Below, piece by piece: positions 51,479 to 63,647 of a stretch of DNA of 64,000 nt. The stretch comes from Tubiluchus corallicola (Eukaryota; Animalia; Priapulida). Position numbers and translations under genes: made by a program. The notes under the pieces are model-generated. The model ran no database searches, was not told the DNA's origin, and worked only from the letters and a program-made list of their open reading frames with translations. The first letter of the stretch is position 1. Each line of letters opens with the position of its first letter. The stretch is taken from assembly GCA_030141605.1 (NCBI GenBank), contig JAQGDQ010000693.1, positions 47,451-111,450 of the forward strand. The letters run 5' to 3'.

Positions 51479-52441
51479 TTGACTGCAGTTTCAAATAATA
51501 ACGTCATGGGAAAGCGAAGGAAAAATTATTATGCTAAGCCTGCAAAGAAAATTCGAAGAACGCAAAGGATATTGCAACCTGGAATGAAGGGAGTTCTTGT
51601 CACTTATAACAACCAACCAGATCGAGTCATCATGAAAGAGGTATTTAACGTGTTAAACGAATATGCCGACAAGTTATATGGCAATGAACTGACAGAAAGT
51701 GGAGCTAAAGATTCTTCCTCAAATAACGATATTGAAACAGAGCTTCAAAAAGAAGTAACTGATATTAAAAGTAGTACTAGTGAAGTAAAACGATTTGAGT
51801 GTGTTGAGAGCTTAGCCTCAAATTGCTTATTTTTTTCCACTTCTTTGCCTGATCCTACCGAATTGGTGCAAAACATATTTGCTGATGTTCTAGACACGAA
51901 ACTGCAAAAGTCGCGATTTATAAGCAGAATGCTTCCGATTAGAGCAACTTGTAAAGCTTATTTCAGTGATATTAAGAAAACAGCTGATCAGTTGTTTGAT
52001 GATATATTTGCAACAAAACTACTAGAAGGTAAAACATTTATGGTTCTTTACAAAGCGAGAAACAATAATTCTGCTCCTGCTAAGATGGACGTTATAAAAA
52101 CTTTGGCCGACTTGATTGTTGAAAAGAATCCTGCTCATAGAGTCAATTTAATGGACCCAGATTTTACCGTTCTAGTAGAAATTATGCAAAAAATTTGTTG
52201 CTTAGGTGTGGTGGAAAACTATACTAAATTCAAGAAGTATAATTTAACAAGTCTGTGCAGTGTATTTAACACTGCAAGTGAAGCAAGTACTGTTCCTGCT
52301 GTTAGCACAGTAACCACAAATATTGCATCCGAGTGTGAAAGTGAGGAAAACTCTGTTAAAAACGAATGTCTTTCACAAGTTTATCCTAACATCAGTGAGC
52401 TTGTCCAACTTGACACTAAAAGCGAAAATGTAAAAACCTGA
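51479..52441 (+). CDS. THUMPD1: THUMP domain-containing protein 1 (tRNA acetylation adaptor, Tan1-like); first internal ATG at 51506
   Basis: GKRRK N-terminus, LQPGMKGVLVTYN, LNEYADKLYG, DIETELQKEV, SRFISRMLPI..TCKA, YKARNN, HRVNLMDPD..VLVEI, KFKKYNL. Confidence 0.93.
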   Translation: MTAVSNNNVMGKRRKNYYAKPAKKIRRTQRILQPGMKGVLVTYNNQPDRVIMKEVFNVLNEYADKLYGNELTESGAKDSSSNNDIETELQKEVTDIKSSTSEVKRFECVESLASNCLFFSTSLPDPTELVQNIFADVLDTKLQKSRFISRMLPIRATCKAYFSDIKKTADQLFDDIFATKLLEGKTFMVLYKARNNNSAPAKMDVIKTLADLIVEKNPAHRVNLMDPDFTVLVEIMQKICCLGVVENYTKFKKYNLTSLCSVFNTASEASTVPAVSTVTTNIASECESEENSVKNECLSQVYPNISELVQLDTKSENVKT

Positions 52442-52581
52442 GTTAAATTTTTTCTAATGTAAATTATCCATCTTCATACTTTCTGACTCATTGTGTTTAT
52501 GTCTTTGCCTTGCTGAGTTTGAAAAATTTTGCAGGTGAAACAAACTTGCAAAATTTTCTCAGTAGACCAAGTCGGTTTGAT

Positions 52582-53230
52582 CAGGGCCGTCTGTACCACT
52601 TGGCAAACCAGACAGTTGCCTTGGACACCAAATTTTGTGGGGGCACCAAGTTCTAGAAGTAATTCTTTAATTTTTAAATTTTACTGGAATGCAGTAAAAT
52701 GCATAATTAAATTAAATGAATTTCCTGCATTATTTTCAAGCAGGGAAATGTATATGATTCATTTGTGATAACATGGATCTGCCTTACTGCAACAAACACT
52801 TCCACTTTTGCTTTAAATAGATTCCATAGATTTATGCCATTTCAGGCACATGCCATAGATGCGTTACACTACTTTTGCTCATAATTTCTATTGTATCTAA
52901 CCATACACTGAGCAGCAGAACACTTTCTTGCAATAGCATTTATCTAACTATGACATATAAACTTATAAGAAATTGAAACCTTCAGCCTTCAAGAATTAAT
53001 GTTGGAAATGAATGTAAAAAAGCTGGTGTACATTCGATTATTTGAACAGCAAAAAAGATTCATTAATGAAGTGTTTACAACCGGAGCATAGTTATGGTTG
53101 TACATTTTGTGAAAATAATGAAATGGAAATACTTGAAAAAGAGGAGTTGAGGATGTGTACATAAAGAGTATGTGTGTGTACGTGCTGCAGAAACTACAGA
53201 AATTTTGGTTGCTCCTCAGGGCCCAGATTG
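52582..53230. mobile_element. Decayed hAT-like MITE
   Basis: CAGGGCCGTC start with GGGGGCACC subterminal motif; right end degenerate. Confidence 0.35.
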
Positions 53231-53449
53231 AATGGTCTTATAAATTCAACTTCAAACTCAATCAATACCAAGCTGTTATTGAAAGTTAATTAATATGCTA
53301 TTCTGCATATTTAAGCCTAACACCATTAGGCACCATAGCCAGGGGCATATTTACCAATGGCTTAATGAGGCTGTAGTATAGAGCAGCAAATTTTTAGGGT
53401 GCCATATTATAGGGGATTGTTATCCAGGGTTTTTTTTTAAATTATTCTT

Positions 53450-53790
53450 ACCATGACCTTTAACCTTAGTTTTAATGTGCGAGTTGTAGAAGTCCATGTA
53501 TTTATCCTGGAACATTTCCATGGCATCATTAACTTCTTGAGTGCACAAGACTTCATTCCAAGAGACATTAGTCAAAGCATCTGTAAAAGTGGCTTTAATA
53601 TTTTCAGGATAAAGAATACTCAGGAAGGTGATCCGTCATGTCAGTTAGTTACGTGCAATAAAAGCATGGTCGATACTGTTTATAAAAATATTATCAATTA
53701 GAGTGGACGTAAATTCAGTTATTCTTGTAGGGATTGTATCATTGGAAATACATGGGTGGCAAGCATGTGTGTTGCAGGAGAATTACCCAG
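53450..53790 (-). mobile_element. LINE endonuclease/linker fragment
   Basis: Minus strand reads PTRITEFTSTLIDNIF and VSWNEVL..VNDAMEMF. Confidence 0.75.
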
Positions 53791-53924
53791 TCGACAGTAG
53801 ATACAACCAACGATAGTTTTTTCCCTGATTCGTTAATTCAACAAAAATACATTCTAAGTCATCATCACAAACCATTAGATAATTGCGAATGAAATAATAA
53901 ACATGATTGCTAATCAAAAATCTC

Positions 53925-54024
53925 TAGTGTCCTACATGGGCTGCTCATGTACGACACTACTTTTAGCACATGGGTTTTACTGGAAATGTCCTACTTGGGC
54001 TAGTGGGTTACTCGGCGCCCTACA
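53925..54024. mobile_element. Right-end fragment of the 42767-43530 MITE family
   Basis: GTGTCCTACATGGGCTGCTCATGTACGACAC and TGTCCTACTTGGGCTAGTGGGTTACTCGGCGCCCTACA. Confidence 0.75.
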
Positions 54025-55084
54025 GTGGGACAGGCCCAACCCCCTGGCTTGTACGCCTATATGAATGTACTCAAGAGGCACAACAGTCACACCAAGGTGG
54101 AACTGATTTCGCCTGACACATTTTTGAGCTGAATGAGCACAAACCAGCCATAGAAAAGAGAGACAGGGAAAGTGAAGAAAGATAATAAATGAATATAAAC
54201 GAGCAAAAACGTTAAAGAAATAAAAATAACAGGTTATGATTATGTGTGCAAGCTGTGAAACATAATATGAATATACCAATGCAGAATCAAAAACAAAATA
54301 TATTTTATTAATGCAGATAGTACTAGTGATAAGCTTTATATGTACTTATACCTAAATATATGTTTCCGTATGTCCATGGACACTCATATACATACATCTA
54401 CAATCTACATACACGTAAACAGAAAAGGCAAGATGTCATAATAAACAGTATAATTTATCGATGCCGTAAATGTAGAGTGACGTGACATGCATGTTATCAT
54501 GATAGTAACACAGCATGATATGTATATGTTTATGATATATGCTGTAGTAAAACTTTCCGTACCAACATCGTGTGTAGCGTAGTCGTGAAAAATCCTTGCA
54601 ACAAATCGTACGTGAATCAAAATTTGTCGCACAACTGTCATGCGCAAGTTTCTTCTACTGCTCAACGCAAACGGCCCAGATTTGAAAGGTGAAAAACGCT
54701 TGAAAATATCATTTAAATCATAACTGAGAAGTTATTGTCAAGAATCAAGATAATTGAAGGCACGGAACTACTGATATAAATTTTGTTTTTCTGCGGTTTA
54801 AGTTGTCGTTTGTGTTGATAAAACGATTTTCTAAAAGTGGACGTCGTCAACTCGGCTTTTACTGTTTTAGTTTTAATACTTACTAGTTTTTTAATAGGTT
54901 ACACTTTATAGGGGGGATACTTCAGTAACGTTTCCAATACAAATCATAAGATTTATAGAATAAAAACAATAATTAGGTGCTTGAGTTTGTCAATGAAATT
55001 TTATGAGGTGTGAGTTTGAAGAAAAACTCGTGCTTCATTATGATTTACTGAAAACATTGCCGTTTACCGCATCTAGCCTATATA

Positions 55085-55429
55085 CAGTGTTCCCTCACTT
55101 ATCGCGGGTGTTCCGTTCCAGGCCCACCCGCGATAAGTGAATTTCCGCGAAGTAGGGACGCTATATATATTTTAGTAGTTATAGTATACATTATTTTATT
55201 TTTAAGTCTTTATAAACCCTCCTCACACTCTTATACATAACCTATACATGCAAAATTCGTCAGATCTATACATTACTGTACAATACGTACTATGCATGTG
55301 CAAAAATACTTTAGGTGGAGTACCACGAACAGCAAAAATACTGCGATCAATATTTACATTAATATTTTTGAAAACCCGCGAAACAGCGAGTCCATGATAA
55401 ACGAACCACGAAGTAGCGAGGGAACACTG
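55085..55429. mobile_element. pogo/Tigger-like MITE
   Basis: TA|CAGTGTTCCCTC ... GAGGGAACACTG TIRs; internal hairpin CACTTATCGCGGGTG..CACCCGCGATAAGTG. Confidence 0.85.
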
Positions 55430-55519
55430 TTCCTCAATTGCACTACTACAATGCCCTAAATTTGCGAAGAAAATGTGTGGTGTATGGCCAGTTCAAATAT
55501 GGCACTGGTGATTACTTAC

Positions 55520-56150
55520 CATAACGGTGAGCACGTTGTGAAATTTTTCGTGTAACAAAACAGTTATCCGCACATAGATGGTAGAAGATTCATTGGGCCG
55601 TTTGGCACCCTTTGTGGATGGATATTTGCTGAAAAACCTGTGCTCTGCCTCCAATCATACCTCCAAGGTATTAATAATGCATAAATATTGCATAGTGCAT
55701 AAATATTTGGCTAGTGCATTTTTGAAACCGTGTATTGTGTGTAGTCCTATAACTTCTTCCGATAAGAAATTCCATAGATATGTTTCAGCATTTGAGAAGC
55801 CATGCTTGTATCGCTCGGTGTTAGCTCTGTGCTTGTAAAGTTAAAGTGAATGACTTCTGGTGCAAATATCACTTAAAGTGAAGAGTTTTCTGATTTATCT
55901 CGGTGAGTCCATCTAAGATCTTGGGCAACTTGATCAGTCCACGTTGTTTACAAGAAGATAATCGATGGAGTCCAAGATGTAGTTTCCCAGCATGTGATAG
56001 ACTGTCTAGCCCTAGGATCATGTTGACTGCTCCTTCTTGCACTCATACTAGGATGCCGATGTCCTTCTGAACGTATGTGTCCCAAACTTGACTTGCATAG
56101 TCTAGCTGAGGTCTGATGATAGATATCACATAAGATGACCTTGAGTTGAT
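55520..56150 (-). mobile_element. CR1 LINE 3' fragment
   Basis: Minus strand reads IRPQLDYASQVWDTYVQKDI..VQ, typical of the ORF2 C-terminus; decayed. Confidence 0.75.
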
Positions 56151-57776
56151 TGTTTTTTAATATAAGTGCAAGAAGTTGATACTTATGGATGGTTCATAGG
56201 TTAAAATGGTTAAAATAGTCTGCATTTTAATAGGGCAGTGTTTGCATGCTGGCAGTAATTTAACTGTCAAATATCTATGAATGAAATGGTGGAAGATACC
56301 TGTAATGTTTACTTTCTAATAAATACTACAAAAATTAGAAGCTATGTTTTAATACTGGTATCGTTGCTGGGTATGTTTTGCAGCGAAGGGCCATACAGCA
56401 CAAAAACACAAAAAGTTTGTCTTCTAAAATATCTATTTTATTCGTATTTTCATGACTTATGTTTTATGTATTTTCATTAGCAATACAGTTGCTATCTTCA
56501 AACATTATTTCAGTTATTGTTACACACTCACCTAGGAATTAATTAGTAGTTTATAAGCATACCAGGCACACATGGAGTTAAGTGATTTAAAACTGTGATG
56601 CTTAGCAAGATGAAACTTTGTTACTTATGTTAGATATTGTTCCTTAAACTTTCTTAGAACATATTAAGAAACAAGCCGTTGATTTCGTATGGCACTTGCA
56701 ACAACTTGAAAACAATTATTCTGCAGACTATCTCACCCATCTAGGCACTTCTTATGCCCGATGTTGCTGTTACTAACTGAACAAAATTCTTTTGAGTGTC
56801 ATAAAGTAATTAAACTGTGAAGTTTTTAAAACGCACTTGACTCGTAAGTACTGGTTCGTAACTAGGTGGTGGCAACTATATTTGAAGCCAACCACAAATC
56901 ATCGAGTCAGCAAGATAACACTTTTAGTTTAAACTGTTATGAAACTTAACTAACAGTAATGTTAATTTAATATAATATACTGAAATTTTAGTACTGCAGA
57001 TTGGCGGGATCTGGAACGACAGCTGCACTACTGCTAAAATCAATATATCTTATCTTCATAACAGCAGGCCTGTTTACGGAATGAGATCGCTACAATGTCA
57101 GATACTGCACGTGCACGTATAATTATTCATGGACGTTTTGGCATTGTGAAGATTTTGAATACAATGGAGTATTTAGGGACAAATTGCAGTGTATGCACGC
57201 GAATGAAAAAATATTAAAGTTAGAATTACGTTGTAACTTTATTCAGTATTAGAACTTGGAACAGTTTTGTCTTTTTTGCTAATGATGGGTTGAAAACATA
57301 TAAACTTTCTTCTATTAAAATTTTAAATGAAAATTTCTGTTCCTTTGCCAGGAGTAATATCCTATGGACTATAGCCTCAAAGATTTTCTAGCTCTGCTAC
57401 AGGCCTTTAGCCCAGGTCTAGTTTGTTAACTGTTGAATGATTTGAATCCATTCCATATGATGATAGACCAGTTTCTTGTTTGTAATCTTGAGCGTTAAGT
57501 TGCTGGTTAACAGCTCATTGAGCTCAGTGCTTGGGTGTCTGCACAGTCTGGCCTCTGATATCAGTGATTTTACCGATGCAGTCTGGAATTAGAAAGAAAG
57601 ACTCTACTGCTCACCCATTAATTAATATCTCTCTTGTACGCTGACAGCTGGGTTTTCACACGTTCACTTTAGTATTTTTCTTTCTTACAATAGCATTTTA
57701 TATTGAGAAAATAGTACTATTCATTTTGCTTTTTAGGCATACAGTTTAGCAATAAAGCTAATAAGTAAACAGACAC

Positions 57777-60700
57777 ATGGCTGATACTCCTGAATCGCAA
57801 AGGTACCGATTATTAACTGACATAAAGGTTAGTAATCTCATTTTTTAAAATTATTTTTCATTTACTTTTGTTTGATTAAATTTGTGAAATACCGTAAACT
57901 TTGTATGTATGTTAGTGTAAAAAGACATGCCATTCAACATAAAGAAGTTTTTGAAGTACCTTATGACAATGACATTCAGTAATTGTGGAAATTTAACACA
58001 TACACACAGTAGACTTATATAAACTTTATTAAGGCACATTTAATAACCTTTCATTATTTTTTTACTAAAATTTAATTTATTAATTTCTTATTACTACCTA
58101 CTTTATAATACTTTATTCTACGTTCGAAACAAGTTCCACCTGTTGCCTGTTTGCTTGTCCTTGTCACAAGTTTTTACATAACTTCGGAAGACTTTCTTCT
58201 TAAAGATATTTTCTTCTTGAACATATACTACTTAGAGAGAGTCCTACAATTATCCAGTTTTTAGGTACTGTGCAAAATCGATTTTTTGTGGGTATTGAGT
58301 TACTAATTTTAAAATTTGTTTATTAGGATAAATTTGAAAAATGTCAGGAGCTGCAGTCACGTGCAGGAAGCGGAATTACTGAGTCAACCTTGCAAACTCG
58401 GGAACGACTGCACGAGCTTCATCTTGAGGAGAAAAACATACTGATCCGCAATTTAGAGTCATCAGTTGAGGAATTACAGCAGCTTCTGTTAGCCAAGGAC
58501 AAAAAGAAAGAAAAACGTAAATTTAAAGCTTGTTTTGGTTTCTTATATTAATGCATTTTAACAAGTTTGCTATAAATATATATATTATAAAATTACGTGT
58601 GACATTTCTTTTTTGGTTTTGCCATTCTGTACTTGTGCAATTCTGGCAAGATAGTCAGACAGAAAATGCAAAACTACATACATGCATTTGGCATTGTCTT
58701 GACCCAGTTTTCATTTAACCATTTTAATGAAATTTTAGTTCCTTGTGTGATTAGGTGGACTTACAACGAAAGATCAGTTTTAACTCTATCGGACATTTTA
58801 ATGTGGTTACAAACACTTGTGTTAACAGGAGCTATGCAGCAGATTTTTGCTACACGTTATCAAAATAATGCACTCATATCTCAGCTTGCCGGTCAAAAGC
58901 CGGGAGACGTCGGTCTGAATTTGCTGATTGTCTTTTTTTTCCGATACTAAACTAATACAGTAGGCGCCATGTATTAGACTCACGGTAATGTAGAATCAAT
59001 CACCTAATTGTCTCAAAAACGTCTAGTTTTTGCTCCTATGCAAAAGTTTATAAAAATTGTCGGAGTCAAATAATTGACTATACACATGGTTACGCTAATC
59101 TAATGATATAAACAAAGTGACGGCTTGCCATCTAGCTGTCCGCTCGCGAAACAACATAACTTTGTCCGCGGTATGCGGGACTTTTCAACAGTCCAGATTT
59201 TGTCCGATTCTTCCGATATCCGTCAAAGCGAGGTCCAGCAATAGAGACATGAGTGTATTATGAAAACTACTGTTTATAATTTTGCACTATTTTGTTTGTG
59301 TTAAAATATTTGTGGTTTATTTATGACAGGCGGCCCAGGGAGACCAGCCACACCCAAGCCAAAAGAGAGTATTAAATTGCTGTCAAATCAAGTATCGGCT
59401 CTGCAGAAAGATTTGAAAAGTGCACAGCAGCGGATACTTGATCTGGAGCAGAAGAATGTCGAGTTAGCCATCAGTTCCTCCAAGCCAGAAGAACAGTTAC
59501 TAGAAACGTCGTTTGACAAAGACTGTGTAAGTTACCAATTTTTTTCTCAGCCGTAACTTGTACTATTTTAAGAATACGTATTTTTTATCTCACAACAAAG
59601 TCCTATTTATTCCAATCCTCAAAAACTATCATCCAAGCATCATTTTCTTTGCATTAGACACGATCAGTTCTTCACCAATAGTATGAGCTTTTTTGTTTTT
59701 GTGATTCGCAAAGAAACATCACAAGAGACTTCCTGTGCCTATTCATTAGACTGATAAAATCGCCTGCTCTACCAAAGCGAACACCTCTCTCAAACAAGAC
59801 AATTTCCCTTCAAAAAAAAGTGTGATCAGGAGCTTCATATGCCACATGCTTCGATTGAAGACATCATTCCAACTTGTTATGTTTCAAACATTCGGTTGAG
59901 GTCATTTCATAACAAAGTACACCTTGAGGAACTAATGGTAAATTCATGAACTCCTTTTTTTTGTAATGGCAGTTCGTGCCTTAACAAAATTAAGTCCTGG
60001 TACAATGAACTCATCCCAATAATAAGACTAGGAGTAATCACTGTTGGAGTTGAATTCCTGGCTGAAATTTAAGCTGATTACAATTTATGAGACATGCAAT
60101 TAAGCATGAAGGTTACAATGTGAGAAACAAAGAACAAATGAATTTACCTCTCAGGATATTATAGGATAATTGCAAAATGGGTATATGTTTGTTTTGGCAT
60201 TCTACTTAGCTGTGTAGTTCAAGGCCCTGGGGCATGCTAAACCCGCATATGAACTGCTATTGCTGAAATCATTACTTTTTGGATTTTTCCAGATAGGCAT
60301 GGCCTGGGTTTGGGAATCACATGGCCATAAAGAGTTTGAATTTTTTACATGAATTATTGATTTAAAGTATATCTAGTAATTGATTCGTGTTTGGTCATAG
60401 TACGATCAATGTAGTGATACTTTCTAAAACATATATTTCTTGAATATTTTCCTTTTAATTTTATTATATCCATAAACTAAACTTATTTTTAGGTTTTAGG
60501 ACGTGAAAACACAGTGCTGAACATTCAACAGCGTGTACTTGCAGCTGACAACGAAAAATTGCGAGATGACTTGCAAGAGATGAAGCAAAGGTACCAGGCC
60601 TCCTTGTTAAAAAGTGAAAGGTTGCAGTCGCAACTTGAGTTTCAGTGTGAATTAATTGACACACTGAAATCATTACAACAGAATATTATTGAAGTTTTAG

Positions 60701-61494
60701 ACCAACAAGACAATGTGCTCATTAAGACAGATTGTACAACAATGATAGTCGAGTCTCAATTTAATGATGCTGAATCATTGCAGAAAGAAAATTCTCATAT
60801 CTGCAAGAAAATCTTGTGTCTGGCTCAAGAAAAAACTCGTTTAGAATCTGAAAATAATGCGGCAAAGTCTGAGCTTATAATGTTAACTGATAAAAGCACG
60901 AAATTTGGACAAGAAAACCAAAAGCTTTCTGATAAAGTACGGCAACTATCTGAAGAAGTTGTGTCATTAACAACAGAAAATGAGGACATCAATAGTAGAC
61001 TTAAACTCCAAATTGATGAAAATGCTCGCTTAGTTAATGTTCATTCACAGAAACAAAAAGAATTGATGTCAAAAGTGGAATCCTTGCAGTCAGAAAAAGA
61101 CAGTGTGAGTAAAACATTAAAAGGTTTGGGACTGATTCTTGAAAAAGAGCAGATCGATCATTCGAAGAAAGAACAATTGTGGAAGCAAGAAATAGCCGAA
61201 GTTTCAAAAAGAGAAACAGTTTTGCAGTCGCAAGTGTCCCATCTGGCAGAGAAACTTGCAGAACAACTGTCGAAAAACACAGAATTAAATAAGGTACTGG
61301 AAGAAACAACAAGAGAATGGCAACAGCAGAAAGCGCAGCTAGAAAAAGAAGAAGCTGAGTTGGAGGAACAGAAACAACTATTCAATCGATTGACTGAAGC
61401 AGCTCAGAATGTTTTGCAGGATAGGGTAATGTTGGAGGAACTAGTGTGCAATGCTACTACCCAACTAGGTGCTATAAGGAATAAGGAAGCAGAG
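57777..61494 (+). CDS. Uncharacterised long coiled-coil protein; exons 57777-57827, 58327-58516, 59330-59526, 60493-61494; 3' end unresolved
   Basis: Phase-consistent GT-AG exons (0, 1, 0, 0); E/K/Q/L heptad composition; 1002-nt open exon ending GAG|GTATTG (read-through would stop at 61530); the start codon is tentative. Confidence 0.78.
58866..59260. mobile_element. Intronic MITE
   Basis: Inverted ends TAATGCACTCATATCTC / GAGACATGAGTGTATTA. Confidence 0.65.
60493..61494 (+). CDS. Coiled-coil gene large exon
   Basis: TTTTTAG acceptor, 334 codons open. Confidence 0.85.
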
Positions 61495-61756
61495 GTATTG
61501 CTATGCTATATGCGTAAAAAAGATTGTTAAACAGTGTTGCACTAGCTTGGTATCATAAAGGTTTTACAAAACAGCCTTGTAAAATAGCATTTTACTAAAA
61601 ATTCATCACATTACGCATGGTAGGCTCTATTTAAACCTATAAGCCACTCTTCTTTTTGTCACTTTTTTGAAATAGCATATGAAAAAGCTTTTGAATTTTA
61701 ATATACCATTTGTCTTTGCTATAGATAAATGATGCTTAAATGATGATTTTAATTAA

Positions 61757-62400
61757 GAGTCATTCCGTGAGAAAATCAGCAAAATAGTGGAAGGTGACAA
61801 ATCACCGATTTTGTTCATATTCACAGGGTTTGATGGTCCCCTCAGATGTACTCCACAGCCAAAATATTAGATTTCAGAAATGAGCCGTTTCTGAGAAAAG
61901 CCGCCATTTTGATTTTTTTCGGATTTTGGCCATTTTGGCGTAAAAAATTGCCCATTATTTCTCACGTTATTACAGACAGTAAATGAGCGATCCAGCACTA
62001 GTTAATTGGTGATATATATAGTAGGGGTCTTACCCTACCGTACCATTATCGTTGCCAAATTGAACCTCCTTTTCAGTTGGTGTCATCAGATTGCAAAAGA
62101 TACGTGTCTGCTGCTGCTGAATTTAGACGCCATTTTGAAATCCCCATAACTCCACTGGGGCGGGTATTGGGGGACTAATCAATATATTTTTATTTGCAGC
62201 TTGACTAGTCCTACAAATGCATGAAATAAAATTTTGGCCAGCGATCTCCCAAGAGTCCAGAATTTTTAGCCAAAGTTGCTCTTTTTTGCCATTTTCACAA
62301 CCTTGACCTATATTTAGCTATTCGCCTTTGGATGACGGTGTTGCCATTAGAATCGATACAAAGTGCAGCAACGTCAATGTTTATAGTAAAAATGGACTGG
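61757..62400. mobile_element. Probable DNA transposon end fragment (TTAA|GAG start, Sola3-like)
   Basis: TTAA followed by GAGTCATTCC; recurrent GCCATTTT motifs; no partner end seen. Confidence 0.3.
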
Positions 62401-62410
62401 CTTTACATGT

Positions 62411-62697
62411 CTGGGCACTCCTAGCAACCAGGCCCCTCATCAGGGGCCGCATTCCCTTCGAAGGGCCCCTGTGACGATTACAACATAGTGATTTTTATAA
62501 TCTGTATAAAACACGGAATAATTTCATGTACATAATAACAGTTTCGTGTACAACCTGGGCACTCCTAGCAACCAGGCCCCTCATCAGGGGCCGCATTCCC
62601 TTCGAAGGGCCCCTGTGACGATTACAACATAGTGATTTTTATAATCTGTATAAAACACGGAATAATTTCATGTACATAATAACAGTTTCGTGTACAA
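62411..62697. repeat. Exact tandem duplication, 144-bp period, 2 copies
   Basis: 62411-62553 equals 62555-62697. Confidence 0.95.
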
Positions 62698-63647
62698 GTG
62701 CTCGGGCTATATACCTATGGCCCGTGGATCAATACGGGGGCCTCGGGAGGGCCCCACTGTCTTGACTGAAAAATAGACTTCAGTCAAAAAGGTTTAGTAT
62801 CGCTTTGCTAAACAAGATTCTAAAGTAAGGCGGACAAGGCGAGGCAAGGCACTATTTGTGAAATTGTGTTGAAACCGCCGCGAGCATCGAATATAACATG
62901 TTGCGAACCAATTTTTAAAACGCGCACAGCTTTGTGTGGTCTTGTATTCAACAGGCGAATAGTTGTCAGTCCCTGATATTTTTCCTCAAATCAATTCAAG
63001 TTAATAGTTAGTTAGTTACTAATACCTTGGTGTGACAACTTCGACAACCAGACTTCTGCTTACTAACAACGGGCGTTAACAAAAAAACTGGTTAAGAAAC
63101 GCAGCAAAGGCCAGTACGACCCTGCCTCGGACTCTGTGCAACGTATGTTTCAAGCCATTCGCTCATATTGTATTTAACCGCCAGGTTTCCACCGTCTCGT
63201 AAAGATATACGCATATACACCGACTACCATATTCAACTAAACTCTAACGAGAATCAGGGCGCTGACGCTTATAATCGCAAATTTTCAAAATAGCAAAAAG
63301 GCAACAACAAATTCTTTACGTCCACGACAATTTTTTATTCGCATTATAAAGACAAGTAATATACAGGTTTTATAAAGACAAGAAATATACAAGGCACTGT
63401 ATTCTCAAGGAATATGCTAGTATATAATAAAGGCTCTGCCACTGCCTATGACTCTACATTGATTAAATAAGTGTTTTAAAAGACAAATGTTGTACGTTGT
63501 TATTTTTTAGGTTATACTAAATGCTGAGTGTTGATTGCATTACAAATAGATGCTCGAGAACAAAAAAAATCATATGTAAAATATCAAACAAAATAAAATG
63601 CAAAATTGGTAGCACATGTAATACGCTTTCCTGAACAAATTACATAC

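Noticed and set aside
57457-57558. Second C/D-box-like pair
   Set aside because: No convincing terminal stem or guide; better explained as a candidate minus-strand exon.
62411-62697. CRISPR-like array
   Set aside because: Only two fully identical units, no unique spacers, eukaryotic context.
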